From the NCBI RefSeq assembly GCF_006345805.1, contig NW_021836126.1, forward strand, positions 124,001-188,000: a stretch of DNA of 64,000 nt. The letters are read 5' to 3'. The notes beneath the pieces are model-generated. The model searched no databases. It had not been told where the DNA came from and was given only the letters and a program-made list of their open reading frames with translations. This stretch comes from Octopus sinensis. Lineage: Eukaryota. Below, piece after piece: positions 1 to 12,189 of the stretch. The translations under genes and the position numbers were made by a program. Position 1 is the first letter of the stretch. Each line of letters opens with the position of its first letter.

Positions 1-863
1 ATCAAACTTTTTTTAAATGAGAAAAAAATTCATTATGACGAATTAAGTGATGACCAATGGCTGCAGAAATTCTATTTTATGGTTGACATAACATCAGAAT
101 TAAACAAACTTAATTCAAAATTGCAAAGGAGTGGAAATATTGCATTTTTCGTGTATGAGGAAGTGATATTATTTGAAAAAATTAATTCTGTTTGAAGAAA
201 ATATAGAACAAAATATTTTACATTTTCCTAAATTACGCCAATATTTGGAAGAAAATGATCGAATTATAAATAAAACTTATTAAAAAAATGCTCTTTTGTA
301 TATGAAGGAATCTTTCAATGACAGGTTAAAAATGAATGTTTAAATATAAAAAGATTTAAGGATTTTAGAAAAGAAAAGGCAACACTATCGTTCGTTATAA
401 ACCCTCTATGTGCTAAAGTCAGCACTTTAAATTTATTGCCATTTGAAATTAAGGCAGCTGAGTTCGAAATGCAGCTATTGGACTTGACATGTAAGGAATT
501 ATGGGCATCAAAGTTTATTTGCCTTTCAGAATTACAAAATTTTTCTCATATGAATTATATAAAATTGAAATTAAGGAACAAAATTACAGATTTGAATTTG
601 GAATCTAACCTCAGATTAAAATTAACGACTTACGACCCAGACATTAACCAACTTTCCAAAGAAATGAGGAATCACATTTCTCATTAATGTGTCCAATTAA
701 TTTAATTTTTTAAAATAAATTCTTAATTATTTTTTAAATTAATGTCTATTTAATTTTATGAATTTAAATTTTTGACAAGTGGTAAAAGGTGGCTCTTCAA
801 TTTTTCGAAGTTTCCAAAAATGTTCAAAATTGGCTCTTCTCCAAAAGTATTTGCCGACCCCTG
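1..863 (+). mobile_element. 3' part of a degenerate hAT (SPIN/Charlie, GTF2IRD2-like) DNA transposon with right terminal inverted repeat
   Basis: Frameshifted transposase-like reading (…DELSDDQWLQKFYFMVDITSELNKLNSKLQ…; …LKLTTYDPDINQLSKEMRNHISH*). The element ends …TTTGCCGACCCCTG at 863, the reverse complement of a CAGGGGTCGGCAAA hAT-type terminus, and is followed by TACTAGTG. Confidence 0.75.
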
Positions 864-1907
864 TACTAGTGCATTGTAAAGAACTTTCTCACGTCAAGTT
901 TTCTTTAATTAGAAATATTATATTTGGAATTCCGATCTATACTTTTTCATCAATTTTGGCCGAATTAAAAATGCGCGAATAAACGTTAAACCTGTAGCGT
1001 ATGCTATACAACTCTGATTTTAAAGCACATTTTCAAGGATATCTTATTAATTGTAAGCCCCCCGAACGCCGATCCTTTACAGTCACCACTTTCTTTGCAG
1101 AGAATCACAGCGAAAAAATTAAAAAATTATTTTTCAATAATGTCTGCACACGTGTCGTCCGAAACTAGCAACTTCAAACTCAAGACAAGAAAACTAATAA
1201 TTCCACCAGTCCGTTTCCTAGCGTACCTAAGAAGTTTAACTATTAAGAAAAATCTACCACATGTAGTTTAAAATGTCCTTGAGCGATATATTAGAGTGCC
1301 ACCTTCTAATACTGTGCTTCGGGATAGAATATTAACACTATTTGACTAATAGTCCGTCCTCATTAGATGTTGCATATAGAGTGTAAATTCAGTAATTATA
1401 ATCAATAATGTTGTACATAGTCCATTACAGGTCTGAACATTGAAATTACAACGATTTCTAAAAATTTATTGTCCCCCTAAACTTATGTATTTTAGGAAAG
1501 CAAAATTCCGTTATCCGAGAACTGGAATAAGTTTCCGAAAAAGCCGTATAAGAGTAAAACTTAAATTATTGACAGTAAAAGTCTGGACTATACGGACGTC
1601 AAAGAGACAGCTAAAAATGGTCCAAATGGATCTTCCTGCAGAATTGTTAATTGGCACGTATATTCGAGACAGTGCTTTGAAGTTTTGATTTACAAATTTG
1701 AATGTGCGTAGCTTTTATAATTATAATAGATTCAAATTAAATGAAAAATTGATTTGAATTTAAATTGGAGACCAAAATATAAATCAATTTCTATCAAAGA
1801 CAATATGAGGCACATTTACAATTCGATTAATATAAAAGTCCAAAAATAATTAAAAAATAATTTGCTGTCCATTAAACTGTAAAAGATGATATAACTTAAT
1901 CATATAG

Positions 1908-2627
1908 TCAGGAAATGCTGTCATTCCTCCTGCTAGTTCTCTGCCTTCTGTTAGAAAACCAATTGCGTATTGTGTCTTCTGTCTTGTCAAGATGAGTGGC
2001 CGTCATTTGAATGATATGTCTGTCAGGCCTTCTTGTAGTTTGAAAAATTAGTTCCAAATATGCTATATCATTCTCCATGAATGTTGTACGCCTTTTCCGA
2101 TTCCTAAAACGCCTTGGATAGTGTTTGTCAGGTAGACGGGAAAAGTCTTCACTGCGGACGGGATTGGCCGAATTGAGTATTTGTCGGTCGAGGATTTCTG
2201 CCAGACTGACCAGACTCGAATAGCCAAGTTTGCAGGACTCGAATCTGCATATTGTAGTTTGTGATATTGTATTTCCGCCCTCATTTAATATTTCTGAAAC
2301 TGTTTTTTGAGTTAATCCCATTTCCGTTCGTCGTATTCTAAAATCTCGACAAAAATTAGATATTAAAACATAACGCGATGACAATTCCGACGGAAAGTGA
2401 TACTCCCGTCCTGTCTCAGGGATCTGTTGTCTAATAAAATGACATACATTTCCCCCCGTCTGATTCATCTGGAAGTATTGATCTGATCTTGACACATCAC
2501 CTCTGTTGGGGATATTCGTGAAGGAAGAAAGATATCTCTGATTTGTATATAAATTGGAATTCCCTACAGTAGAGACATTTAGTAAATTATTAGGCAAGTT
2601 GTGGTTATAATGAGGGTTGTTGGCCAT
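1908..2627 (-). CDS. Divergent intronless POU-domain homeobox transcription factor (239 aa)
   Basis: POU-specific box (FCRDFRIRRTEMGLTQKTV…ISQTTICRFE) followed by a homeodomain (RKRRTTF…IRNWFSNRRQR). Confidence 0.9.
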   Translation of the reverse strand: MANNPHYNHNLPNNLLNVSTVGNSNLYTNQRYLSSFTNIPNRGDVSRSDQYFQMNQTGGNVCHFIRQQIPETGREYHFPSELSSRYVLISNFCRDFRIRRTEMGLTQKTVSEILNEGGNTISQTTICRFESCKLGYSSLVSLAEILDRQILNSANPVRSEDFSRLPDKHYPRRFRNRKRRTTFMENDIAYLELIFQTTRRPDRHIIQMTATHLDKTEDTIRNWFSNRRQRTSRRNDSIS

Positions 2628-2755
2628 TGCCTGTCAATTTGCAATGACTGGGGGAATTATACGCATTCGTCAATTTATACACATTTGTCCACTAATTTAA
2701 TAACACGTTAATTCTAATCAGGAATACTGCTTTGATGTTAGCACAAATTAAGTGG

Positions 2756-5107
2756 TTAGTAAACTGCCTTCTCATTCTGGCGATGAGCTCGGACACAGCG
2801 AGACATGACAGGTGAATTGCGACTGATGGAATCGGTCATGAAATAGTCACTCAATTTATTCAATCGACACTCAGGCAGTCTCCCCTCCACCCTTCTCTAC
2901 AACTCACCAACACACCTCACAGTCTCACACATCTCCGACACTATCGAATGGAAAGACGTGGTCATTGGACGACACTCCATCTGGCCTATCCCCGGACATA
3001 ACTCGCCTATTCGCTGCCGGACTCCCCCCAATGTCTCATAGGGCAGGTCCACACCCATCACCTCTGCCAGTGCCCGTACCACCAAAAAGTCCTCCCTCGC
3101 CTCTCCTGGAGCACTCACCCCCGGCCGACACTCCTGGTAACGCCCCTCCATGTTCACATACGTCCCCCTCTTCTCTGTATACGCTACACCAGGCAGAATG
3201 ACGTCAGCAATCTCCGCTCCTCTGTCGCCATGGCAACCTCATAATATATAAATCAATCCAACCGAGGTACACAACCATACAATCATCAGGCAGCCCATCT
3301 CGTGTGGTGATGACGTCATCAGCCCCAGAGAGAAAGAGCAGGCGAAGATTGCCTCGATCAACAAAGTGATTGAACCCTCGATAGCCCAAGTCGAGTGCCC
3401 CAACCTGACTGGCCCTCTGCAAATAAGGAGAGGAATGCCTGCCTGGTGGACAAGGTTGAAAGCACAGGAATGACTGGAGGAGAAAGAGGCCAGTTTAAGT
3501 GAGAGAGAATACAAATCACGTGCAGTATTCTGTTCATGTTGGAGAAGAGAAGAACCAAGCAAGACGACAGGCATTCGGGAATTGCGAAACCTGTGAGAAA
3601 AGGGGTGGTTTCCTGAGGCAATGTGGTGGAGAATAGTAATGGAATCCCCCAAATACTGCAATGACAGACCACCCAACCTCATACTCATAGTTCAAGTCCA
3701 CCCTCGACCCCACCACGGCCACATGCGAATCCCCAGTCCTCCAACTTGTGCCATTAACAGTCAAAACAACCCCTTGCGGATACGACAGTTGAGGAGAGGG
3801 GCCTCCAGACGGGGATTGAAGCCCACAATGAGCACCAAGTCTGCCCTCTCGACTCCCTCTATGCCCACATTGAGGACATAACTCTCCCGGAAGTCAGCAC
3901 TGCAGGGCAAACACTCTTCCGTGTACAAATTGTCACAGTCCAGTCGATTAAAGAGGTCTTTGAGGACAGCGAGTGTCTCCAAATCAGTAAATCTGCCGGC
4001 CAAAACAGCCATTTGGTGAGGGGGTGATTGAGTGGCCTGAAATGTGTGGAATGGACACCCTGAGTGAGATGAGTTGGAGGACGTGAGGCCAGTGGGAGGG
4101 GCAGTGGGCTGTCATAGGAGTGACCAGTCGTTGGTGGTGGAGTGCGTCGTGGGCAAAACGAGCCTTGTCGTCCAACCACTCCTCGTTGATCTCCTCATTG
4201 AGTCTGGGGAGGATTCTGTGGACGACATGAGAGCGAGTATAGAGGAGAATATGAGAGCCGACAGCGTCCATAACGTCGATGGTCTCCACCCGTCTGGTGT
4301 AGTGGTGTGACATACCTCAACTCCCAGGGACGAGCACGGAATGAGTGGGGAGGGAGGTGAGTGCCCCCACTGGACATATGTCGATCAGGTTCCCCGATAG
4401 CTCGGAGGACAGGAGGGTGTGGACATACGTGCCTATCTCCATGTCCCCACCTCGCCCTGTCGTCCCCAAGTCCTCCATTCCCCCTATTTCACTTGCAAAT
4501 CTATTCATTAGCTAATTCTGTGACCGAACACATCTCGTGCAGTGAATACACCGAGTCATCACTGTCTTGACCAGAGGACTTATCTCCTTGTCCTCCACAG
4601 CCCTCTCATATCACCACACACTCACCTCTTTCTCTCACTCATTCTACTTCTGTCACACCCGTACCCCATCGACTGGTCTTGCAGGTCACATTCCCCCGCC
4701 TGGTCACATATTGGACAGTCCAATGGGTGGTTCGCCAGGATAAACTCCATCACCCCCTCTCTTCCTTTATTTACACTTTCTACCGAGCTTCCTTCGTCTT
4801 GGAAGAATTCGTCAACACACGCATTCCCTCACTCGCAGGCATGGCACACGACGCCACTGGTTTGGCACTCTTTTCTACTTCCACCAGGCACATTCGGCAG
4901 TTCCCCGCTATCGACAGGCGCTCGTGGTAACAGAAGCGGGGGATGTCCACGCCTGCCGCTGTACATGCCTGCAGGATTGTGCTTCCCTGGGGGACTTTTA
5001 CTGCTCTCTCGTTTATGAACAGTTCGATTTGAGAGGGCAATGTTGAGTATTCTAGTTTTAATACTTTTTCATTCACTTTTTCGCAAATGTCGTAATAAGC
5101 TTCGCAT
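2756..5107 (-). CDS. NDUFS1: NADH:ubiquinone oxidoreductase 75 kDa subunit (complex I), multi-exon
   Basis: ATG at 5107 gives a presequence-like [14 protein letters not shown] after a 25-nt intron (5052-5076). Motifs: [75 protein letters not shown]. Introns are 22-26 nt. One apparent 1-nt deletion near 4345. Confidence 0.95.
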
Positions 5108-5899
5108 ACACCACAACACCAGCAACACAAGTCGTCAAAATTAATTTAAAATATTATTTAAAGCTGCAAATAACTAATAAATTATCTCGATATTTCGGAC
5201 AGGTGTTTAAATTTAAAATCGTCACAATAGCTATTTTCCCTAAAAATTATTTAATTGAAATCAAAGTTAAATAAATGTCACAAGTAAACCTTGGCTTTAT
5301 TACTAGTTTTATTATTTGCGGTTTTATTTGTCAAAGAATGGCTGCATGGAAAGTCACTAAAATTCTTCAAAAACATTCTAGAAAAATATATATTGATACA
5401 AATAAAGCTATCACATTTTAAGTAAGTTTCAACCTTAAAAATATAATAATTTAATAAAAAACATCAATTTCGAAAATCAAGTCAATTTAAGCGAAACCAA
5501 CAAAAGAGTTTAAAAAACCAAAAAAACTAAGAAAAGCTATTTTTTAAGTAGCTGGAGGATCGTCTAAAATATAATTTTATTTTTGTCCAAATACCGTTTT
5601 TGTCATCTTTTTTGTAACCTTTTGATCTCCATCGCCTCATTCTTGATCTTTTTCTTGGTTGCAATTGGGCAATTGAATTTTTTATTTCTCGATGTCCTCA
5701 ATGTCCAATCACGTTTTTTGATTTCTTCAAATCCACGTATCGAGGGGGATTGGGATACGCTTTTGTGCGGACCTGGTTCTCCCCTTTCATCTTTTTTCCA
5801 ATTCAGCCTCCATGAATTCTGTTAGAGATTTCGTAACGTGGCAAACTTTCGATCATTTTTATTAAATTTTTTGTGACTTTTTTGTTATTTGCGTGCTGA

Positions 5900-6142
5900 G
5901 CCGGATGGGTGGGGTGTTTGAATGAAAAGTAGCAGATTTGTTGGATTTTAGCTTTTCATACATCTAACCATTCATGTACCAAAGGTCTTCCAGATTTTGA
6001 AGCTGTTTGATCTGTGATCAATCGAGGTGATAAATTCAGTCCACTTGTAATCTGCGTGCAGATTATTGACAGCGGTGATTTGTTTAATGCTCCTCAGTTC
6101 GATATAGGAGTTGACAGAGTCCCCCGTTATCCGTTTTAGCAT
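5900..6142 (-). mobile_element. Possible remnant of a non-LTR retrotransposon endonuclease-RT linker (second copy at ~7880-8126)
   Basis: Reading …ADYKWTEFITSIDHRSNSFKIWKTF resembles the W..F...L....LWK linker of jockey/I-type ORF2. There is no other support. Confidence 0.3.
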
Positions 6143-6448
6143 GTGGCAAATTTAATGAAAGAATTTATTTCGTAGCTGTAACTGGGTGAAACTTTTTAAT
6201 TGTTCTTTGAGAGATAAATTAGTTTAAATTGAAAATAAAAGCAATAAGGTAATCATTCGAAGAATTAGAGCAAGGCGGTATTCGTTCAAAAAAGCTCTTT
6301 TGTAGTTAAAGTGAAAGTGGCGTTGTTGATCACTGTTAGATTTCAAAACATTCTTAATCCGGTTTAAAAAAGGGTATCTTTTGTAGTTAATTCGACAAAA
6401 AGGTACCATTTGCCACCATAAGAAAATAATTAACATAGACAAATAAAA

Positions 6449-6566
6449 TTGTACGACACTGTTTGTTCCCAGGCGGTCACCCAGCCAAGTACTTGAACAG
6501 CCTGTAATCGCTTAACTGCCGTGTTCAGATGGGAACGGGTATTTACGACTAAGTATGATCGTACGT
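6449..6566 (-). rRNA. 5S rRNA (copy 1)
   Basis: ~118 nt, ACGTACGATCATAC…AGTTAAGCG…AGTACTTGGCTGGGTGACCGCCTGGGAAC…GTCGTAC. Terminal stem GTACGA/TCGTAC, box A- and box C-like elements, and a TTTT terminator immediately downstream. Confidence 0.93.
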
Positions 6567-6700
6567 TTTTATTTTTTTTAAAATCTAATTTTGTTATATT
6601 TACTTTCTTTTATTTTTAGACTATCGAAAACCACCTAAATTTTCAACGAAAATTCTTCTTGTTAAGTACTGCAAAGTCATAAATAGGCAATCAATATAAA

Positions 6701-7084
6701 TTATATATCGTTTTCCATTATTAAAATCACCCCCTCTCTTCCTTTATTTACACTTTCTACCGTGCTTCCTTCGTCTTGGAAGAATTCGTCAGCACACGCA
6801 TTCCCTCACTCGCAGGCATGGCACACGACGCCACTGGTTTGGCACTCTTTTCTACTTCCACCAGGCACATTCGGCAGTTCCCCGCTATCGACAGGCGCTC
6901 GTGGTAACAGAAGCGGGGGATGTCCACGCCTGCTGCAGTGCACGCCTGCAGGATTGTGCTTCCCTGGGGGACTTTTACTGCTCTGTCGTTTATGAACAGT
7001 TCGATTTGAGAGGGCAATGTTGAGTATTCTAGTTTTAATACTTTATCATTCACTTTTTCGCAAATGTCGTAATAAGCTTCGCAT
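6701..7084 (-). pseudogene. NDUFS1: Truncated NDUFS1 duplicate: presequence plus N-terminal [2Fe-2S] domain, ending EGV-ILIMENDI* (~111 aa after splicing)
   Basis: Copy of exons 1-2 and the first codons of exon 3, with both introns intact. The frame runs into flanking DNA and stops at 6701-6703. Confidence 0.85.
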
Positions 7085-8434
7085 ACACCAGCAATAGTTA
7101 AGAGATTTAAAAAATTAATGTCGTCAAAATTAATTTAAAATATTATTTAAAGCTGTAAATAACTAATAAATTATCTCGATATTTCGGACAGGTGTTTAAA
7201 TTTAAAATCGTCACACTAGCTATTTTCCCTAAAAATTATTTAATTGAAATCAAAGTTAAATAAATGTCACAAGTATACCTTGGCTTTATTACTTTTATTA
7301 TTTGCGGTTTTATTTGTCAAAGAATGGCTGCATGGAAAGTCACTAAAATTCTTCAAAAACATTCTAGAAAAATATATATTGATACAAATAAAGCTATCAC
7401 ATTTTAAGTAAGTTTCAACCTTAAAAATATAATAATTTAATAAAAAACATCAATTTCGAAAATCAAGTCAATTTAAGCGAAACCAACAAAAGAGTTTAAA
7501 AAACCAAAAAAACTAAGAAAAGCTATTTTTTAAGTAGCTGGAGGATCGTCTAAAATATAATTTTATTTTTGTCCAAATACCGTTTTTGTCATCTTTTTGT
7601 AACCTTTTGATCTCCATCGCCTCATTCTTGATCTTTTTCTTGGTTGCAATTGGGCAATTGAATTTTTTATTTCTCGATGTCCTCAATGTCCAATCACGTT
7701 TTTTGATTTCTTCAAATCCACGTATCGAGGGGGATTGGGATACGCTTTTGTGCGGACCTGGTTCTCCCCTTTCATCTTTTTTCCAATTCAGCCTCCATGA
7801 ATTCTGTTAGAGATTTCGTAACGTGGCAAACTTTCGATCATTTTTATTAAATTTTTTGTGACTTTTTGTTATTTGCGTGCTGAGCCGGATGGGTGGGGTG
7901 TTTGAATGAAAAGTAGCAGATTTGTTGGATTTTAGCTTTTCATACATCTAACCATTCATGTACCAAAGGTCTTCCAGATTTTGAAGCTGTTTGATCTGTG
8001 ATCAATCGAGGTGATAAATTCAGTCCACTTGTAATCTGCGTGCAGATTATTGACAGCGGTGATTTGTTTTATGCTCCTCAGTTCGATATAGGAGTTGACA
8101 GAGTCCCCCGTTATCCGTTTTAGCATGTGGCAAATTTTAATGAAAGAATTTATTTCGTAGCTGTAACTTGGGTGAAACTTTTTAATTGTTCTTTGAGAGA
8201 TAAATTAGTTTAAATTGAAAATAAAAGCAATAAGGTAATCATTCGAAGAATTAGAGCAAGGCGGTATTCGTTCAAAAAAGCTCTTTTGTAGTTAAAGTGA
8301 AAGTGGCGTTGTTGATCACTGTTAGATTTCAAAACATTCTTAATCCGGTTTAAAAAAGGGTATCTTTTGTAGTTAATTCGACAAAAAGGTACCATTTGCC
8401 ACCATAAGAAAATAATTAACATAGACAAATAAAA

Positions 8435-8552
8435 TTGTACGACACTGTTTGTTCCCAGGCGGTCACCCAGCCAAGTACTTGAACAGCCTGTAATCGCTTA
8501 ACTGCCGTGTTCAGATGGGAACGGGTATTTACGACTAAGTATGATCGTACGT
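8435..8552 (-). rRNA. 5S rRNA (copy 2)
   Basis: Appears identical to copy 1 and lies in the second tandem unit. Confidence 0.93.
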
Positions 8553-10938
8553 TTTTATTTTTTTTAAAATCTAATTTTGTTATATTTACTTTCTTTTATT
8601 TTTAGACTATCGAAAACCACCTAAATTTTCAACGAAAATTCTTCTTGTTAAGTACTGCAAAGTCATAAATAGGCAATCAATATAAATTATATATCGTTTT
8701 CCATTATTAAAATTTTTTAGTTCCTAAATACTTTACTTTTCAACAGTTTCTAAAACTTAAAAATATCACGATTAGAGGTAAAAAGTGAATTATCGCAAAT
8801 TGGCCAAACAAATCGACCCTTCATAATTTACTTTTATATTAGAAGAATTTCGCGTTTATTACACGACCTGTCAGAGTCCTTAACCTCGTGATGATGACGA
8901 CTTTTACCTTTTATTAAATGCGGTCGTGTCTGATGGCAATGATAAAGTTGATTTGTTAAGCCATTTACTAGTGTGCCTATTCGCTATTTGTGACTCTTTA
9001 CATGATATGAGTCCAGAATCCAGTCTCATTGGTCTCTGCTTTCTTATGAGGAATTAATAACACGCCTTATTCATTGTGGAGTCCATGTTTGTCTCCTGAC
9101 TGTTATTTAGTGCTATCGTGGAAGTGATTTCAAGCTTTTTTAGACGTCGACAAACTTGTCCAATTATTTGAATTGCCTGTGTTTGTATTTAAGGAGTATG
9201 TGGACTGTAATTCGTGTAGATCTTAGGCTTAAATTGGTCAAGTCTTGTAGAATTGGGTCTCCTTTGAAATGTCTCTACGGTTTGTTGATACCACAGACAA
9301 AATCTTTTGATACTCTTTACAGGCGATTGCAGTGTGTTCCACAGAATATGTCATCAGATGTTCCTGGTAGCGTTGATTCTGTAGAAATTGACTTTGACCA
9401 GCTAAAAATACATTTTCTAAAGATTAACGGACTTTAACATTATTTTTTTGGAGAGTTTATTTTTCATAAAAAATAGTTCTGCTTCTCATTTAAAAGGCCT
9501 CGTATGGGATGCAACCTGCTGGGACACCTTTTCTGCTTCTTATTTAACTTCGTGTGCTCTGGAGACTAAATCTGCAGCTAAGAAGATGTAAAAGCTAAGA
9601 AGATGATGTAGAAGTAGCAAGTAGTATTCCGATTAAGCATTGACTTTAAATTCAGTAGGTCAATATCACGTGTTCTTACTACATGGATAACTTAGTTAAC
9701 CAACATGTCGTTATGTGTATCAATTTTAACGGAAGCCCTCAGTCTCATAATACCACAAAGATGATTATGTATTTTAATCAAAAAAGAAATCCCATATGGA
9801 AGAAAATCCATATTGTTTGTAGCCTCCAGAAACACCGTCCTTGGGAGATCTGAGTTGAATCTCGGTGTAAAGAATTGGGAAATAATAAGGTATTTGATTT
9901 TATGTATCGGTAAAGTTTTATTCCAGTTAACTTTACTCTCCGATTTTTGAATACCTCTCTACACGTCGTCCACATCTAGGGTCTCCGTTTGGATTGCCTT
10001 TTTGATGAGGGTGAACACAGTCTGGGAAGCTTGTCAGTGAAGATTAGAATTATAACTAATTGTTGGTGGAAGATCAAGACGTAGATGCACAAAAGGACAG
10101 TTTAAATAAGTAGACGAAAAAAAGCACTTTTGAATGTCACGAATGTGAATGAGTGCTGTTATCAGACCAAATTGGCCACAAAGGAGTATAATAAGTCTCA
10201 CCGCATATAAGTAATTAACGAGGGTTTGAATAATTTAGCCCACTCAAGATGTACTAATCTAATCTGAAAATTTTCAATGTTTATAAAAATCCAATCATGA
10301 TCTAAGTTGAATAAAGCCGTTTGAATTAGACAATTATTAGCATTAGATTGAACATGGCGAATACTTTAACGTAGTTGTCCTTGATTATAACAGAGTACAA
10401 TATTTTCAACCTAAACTTTCATAACTTAGTAGAATTTATTGTTTACAACTGTCTAGATATCAAAATAATATAAAATTACCTTTACTATACTCTTGCCTGC
10501 CTCATTCTTCACTCCTATGGTATGACTGTATCCTTCCTCATTCGACTAGTCTTCACTCCTATACTCTTGTGGCCGCCCAGGTTGTTCTCTGAAAATGACT
10601 TGTCTTCATTTGGCACAACGTTTGTTTTTCCACTCACCCAGTCCCCCGGCTTGTTTTGATTTATGTGGTTTACTCCTATACTTTTTCGGTCTCCCGACTT
10701 GTCCTCATTCTTCACTACTATAGTCTTGCTGTCCCCAGGATGACTTATAAAAAGTAAAACAATTAAATTAATAGAAATCACAAGCCAGCTTTTGCCGATA
10801 GATTAAGAAATTGTCAAAAAAATAATAGAGTTTTTATAAAATGATTTTGTATATTTCTAAACGTACATTCAATGATAGAATGGTTTGAAAAAATAATAAA
10901 ATATTAATTCTTGACATAATTATTAAATTGAATTCTTG

Positions 10939-12108
10939 ATGAGGCTAACTATTTTTTGGGTCATTTTTCTAACATATATTTGTGCAACCTTTAAAATTCA
11001 AATCAAAGTCGGCAAAAAAAGAACAAATTTAACTAGTTTATATGACACGAAAAGTAATCAGCGATGGGAAGAGTTCACTAAAAAATTTGGTTAGCACCTA
11101 AAATATACAATTTTAGCAAAAAAATACAATCAGACAGAGGTGTTAAAAAGACGCCGTATTTTTCAAAATAATTTGGTTCTGATTGATAGACACAATTTGG
11201 ACTTTAAAAGAAATGCAACGTCCTTCCAGCTAGAAATAAACTCGTTTGCAGATATGGTTTTTTGTGCTAAAAATATTCCCAGACTGAGGATGAACTTCCA
11301 AAGCTACAAAAATTAAATTATTTCGACACAAAAACATCTTTTTTCTCAGAAAACGAAAGAGATTTTTCGGAAAAATATGACATTCCAATATCTTTTGACT
11401 GGAGAGACAAAAATGTAGTCACAAACGTTAAAAATCAGCTTAATTGTGGATCATGTTATATATTTGGCACAGTTTGCAAATAAATAATTACTCTCCAGAT
11501 TGCCAGTTTAGAAAGTATATATGCGATTAAGCATGGAAAGCTGGTTAGTTTTAGTGAACAAAACGTGCTTGATTGCTGTGAGTATTGTGGATGTAAAGGC
11601 GGAAAAGGAAGTTACGTTTTTAAATATATTATTAATAATGGGGGAATCAGCACAACTGACGAGTACCCTTATCTAGGAATGGTTTATGAAACTGTACTTT
11701 ATAATAGAAAAAAAAATGCAAATATAAAATCAATCCAATAGTACTCACAAGTTATGTTAATACTTACTATTCCGAATCAAAGGCATTAAGAACTTTACTG
11801 AAAATTGGTCCTATTGGGATTAAACTTTGTATTTCAAAATATTTGGATTTTTATTCAGGAGGTATAAGTATGTAGCATTATAGGAATCTTTGATGATCCT
11901 AAATGTGAATACTTACATTTAATGTGTCTCGTTGGATATGGGATAGATAATGGAAAAGAATACTGGATCATAAAAAACAGGTATTAAAATTAAATGTAAA
12001 AATAGTTGGGGTCCTGCTTGGGGGGAACATGGATACATCAGAATCGTAAGGAACATAATTTGCCAGTCGTGCTTGGAAATTCGACTTGTTTATCCGATTC
12101 TTGCTTAA
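10939..12108 (+). CDS. Secreted papain-family (C1A) cysteine protease, cathepsin L-like
   Basis: Signal peptide [16 protein letters not shown] and an inhibitor-prodomain-like region, then [29 protein letters not shown] and YWIIKNSWG. Six GT-AG introns of 26, 26, 27, 26, 22 and 25 nt give one open frame ending YPILA*. Confidence 0.93.
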
Positions 12109-12189
12109 TTAACTAAAAATAAGACATCCTTTGTTGAAATTTTAATTCGCATCATGTGACTAAGTCTTAGCAATTTGGTAAGACAGTCT

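Larger units (their letters stand above)
4749..8713. repeat. Tandem duplication, unit ~1.98 kb (about 4749-6727 and 6726-8713)
   Basis: Near-identical sequence at an offset of ~1986 bp. Each unit holds the NDUFS1 5' end, its upstream region and one 5S rRNA gene. The junction at ~6726 has an 'AT' microhomology. Confidence 0.95.

Noticed and set aside
2063-4930. Many overlapping/antisense ORFs in the ORF track over POU, NDUFS1, UAP1, RhoGAP and TTC14
   Set aside because: They are shadows of GC-rich coding sequence on other frames or strands, with no independent motifs.
9450-10200. Possible piggyBac remnant (YYMDN and a C-terminal Cys-rich RRC…ECHEC piece)
   Set aside because: Only two short, frameshifted resemblances, with no TIR or TTAA ends identified.
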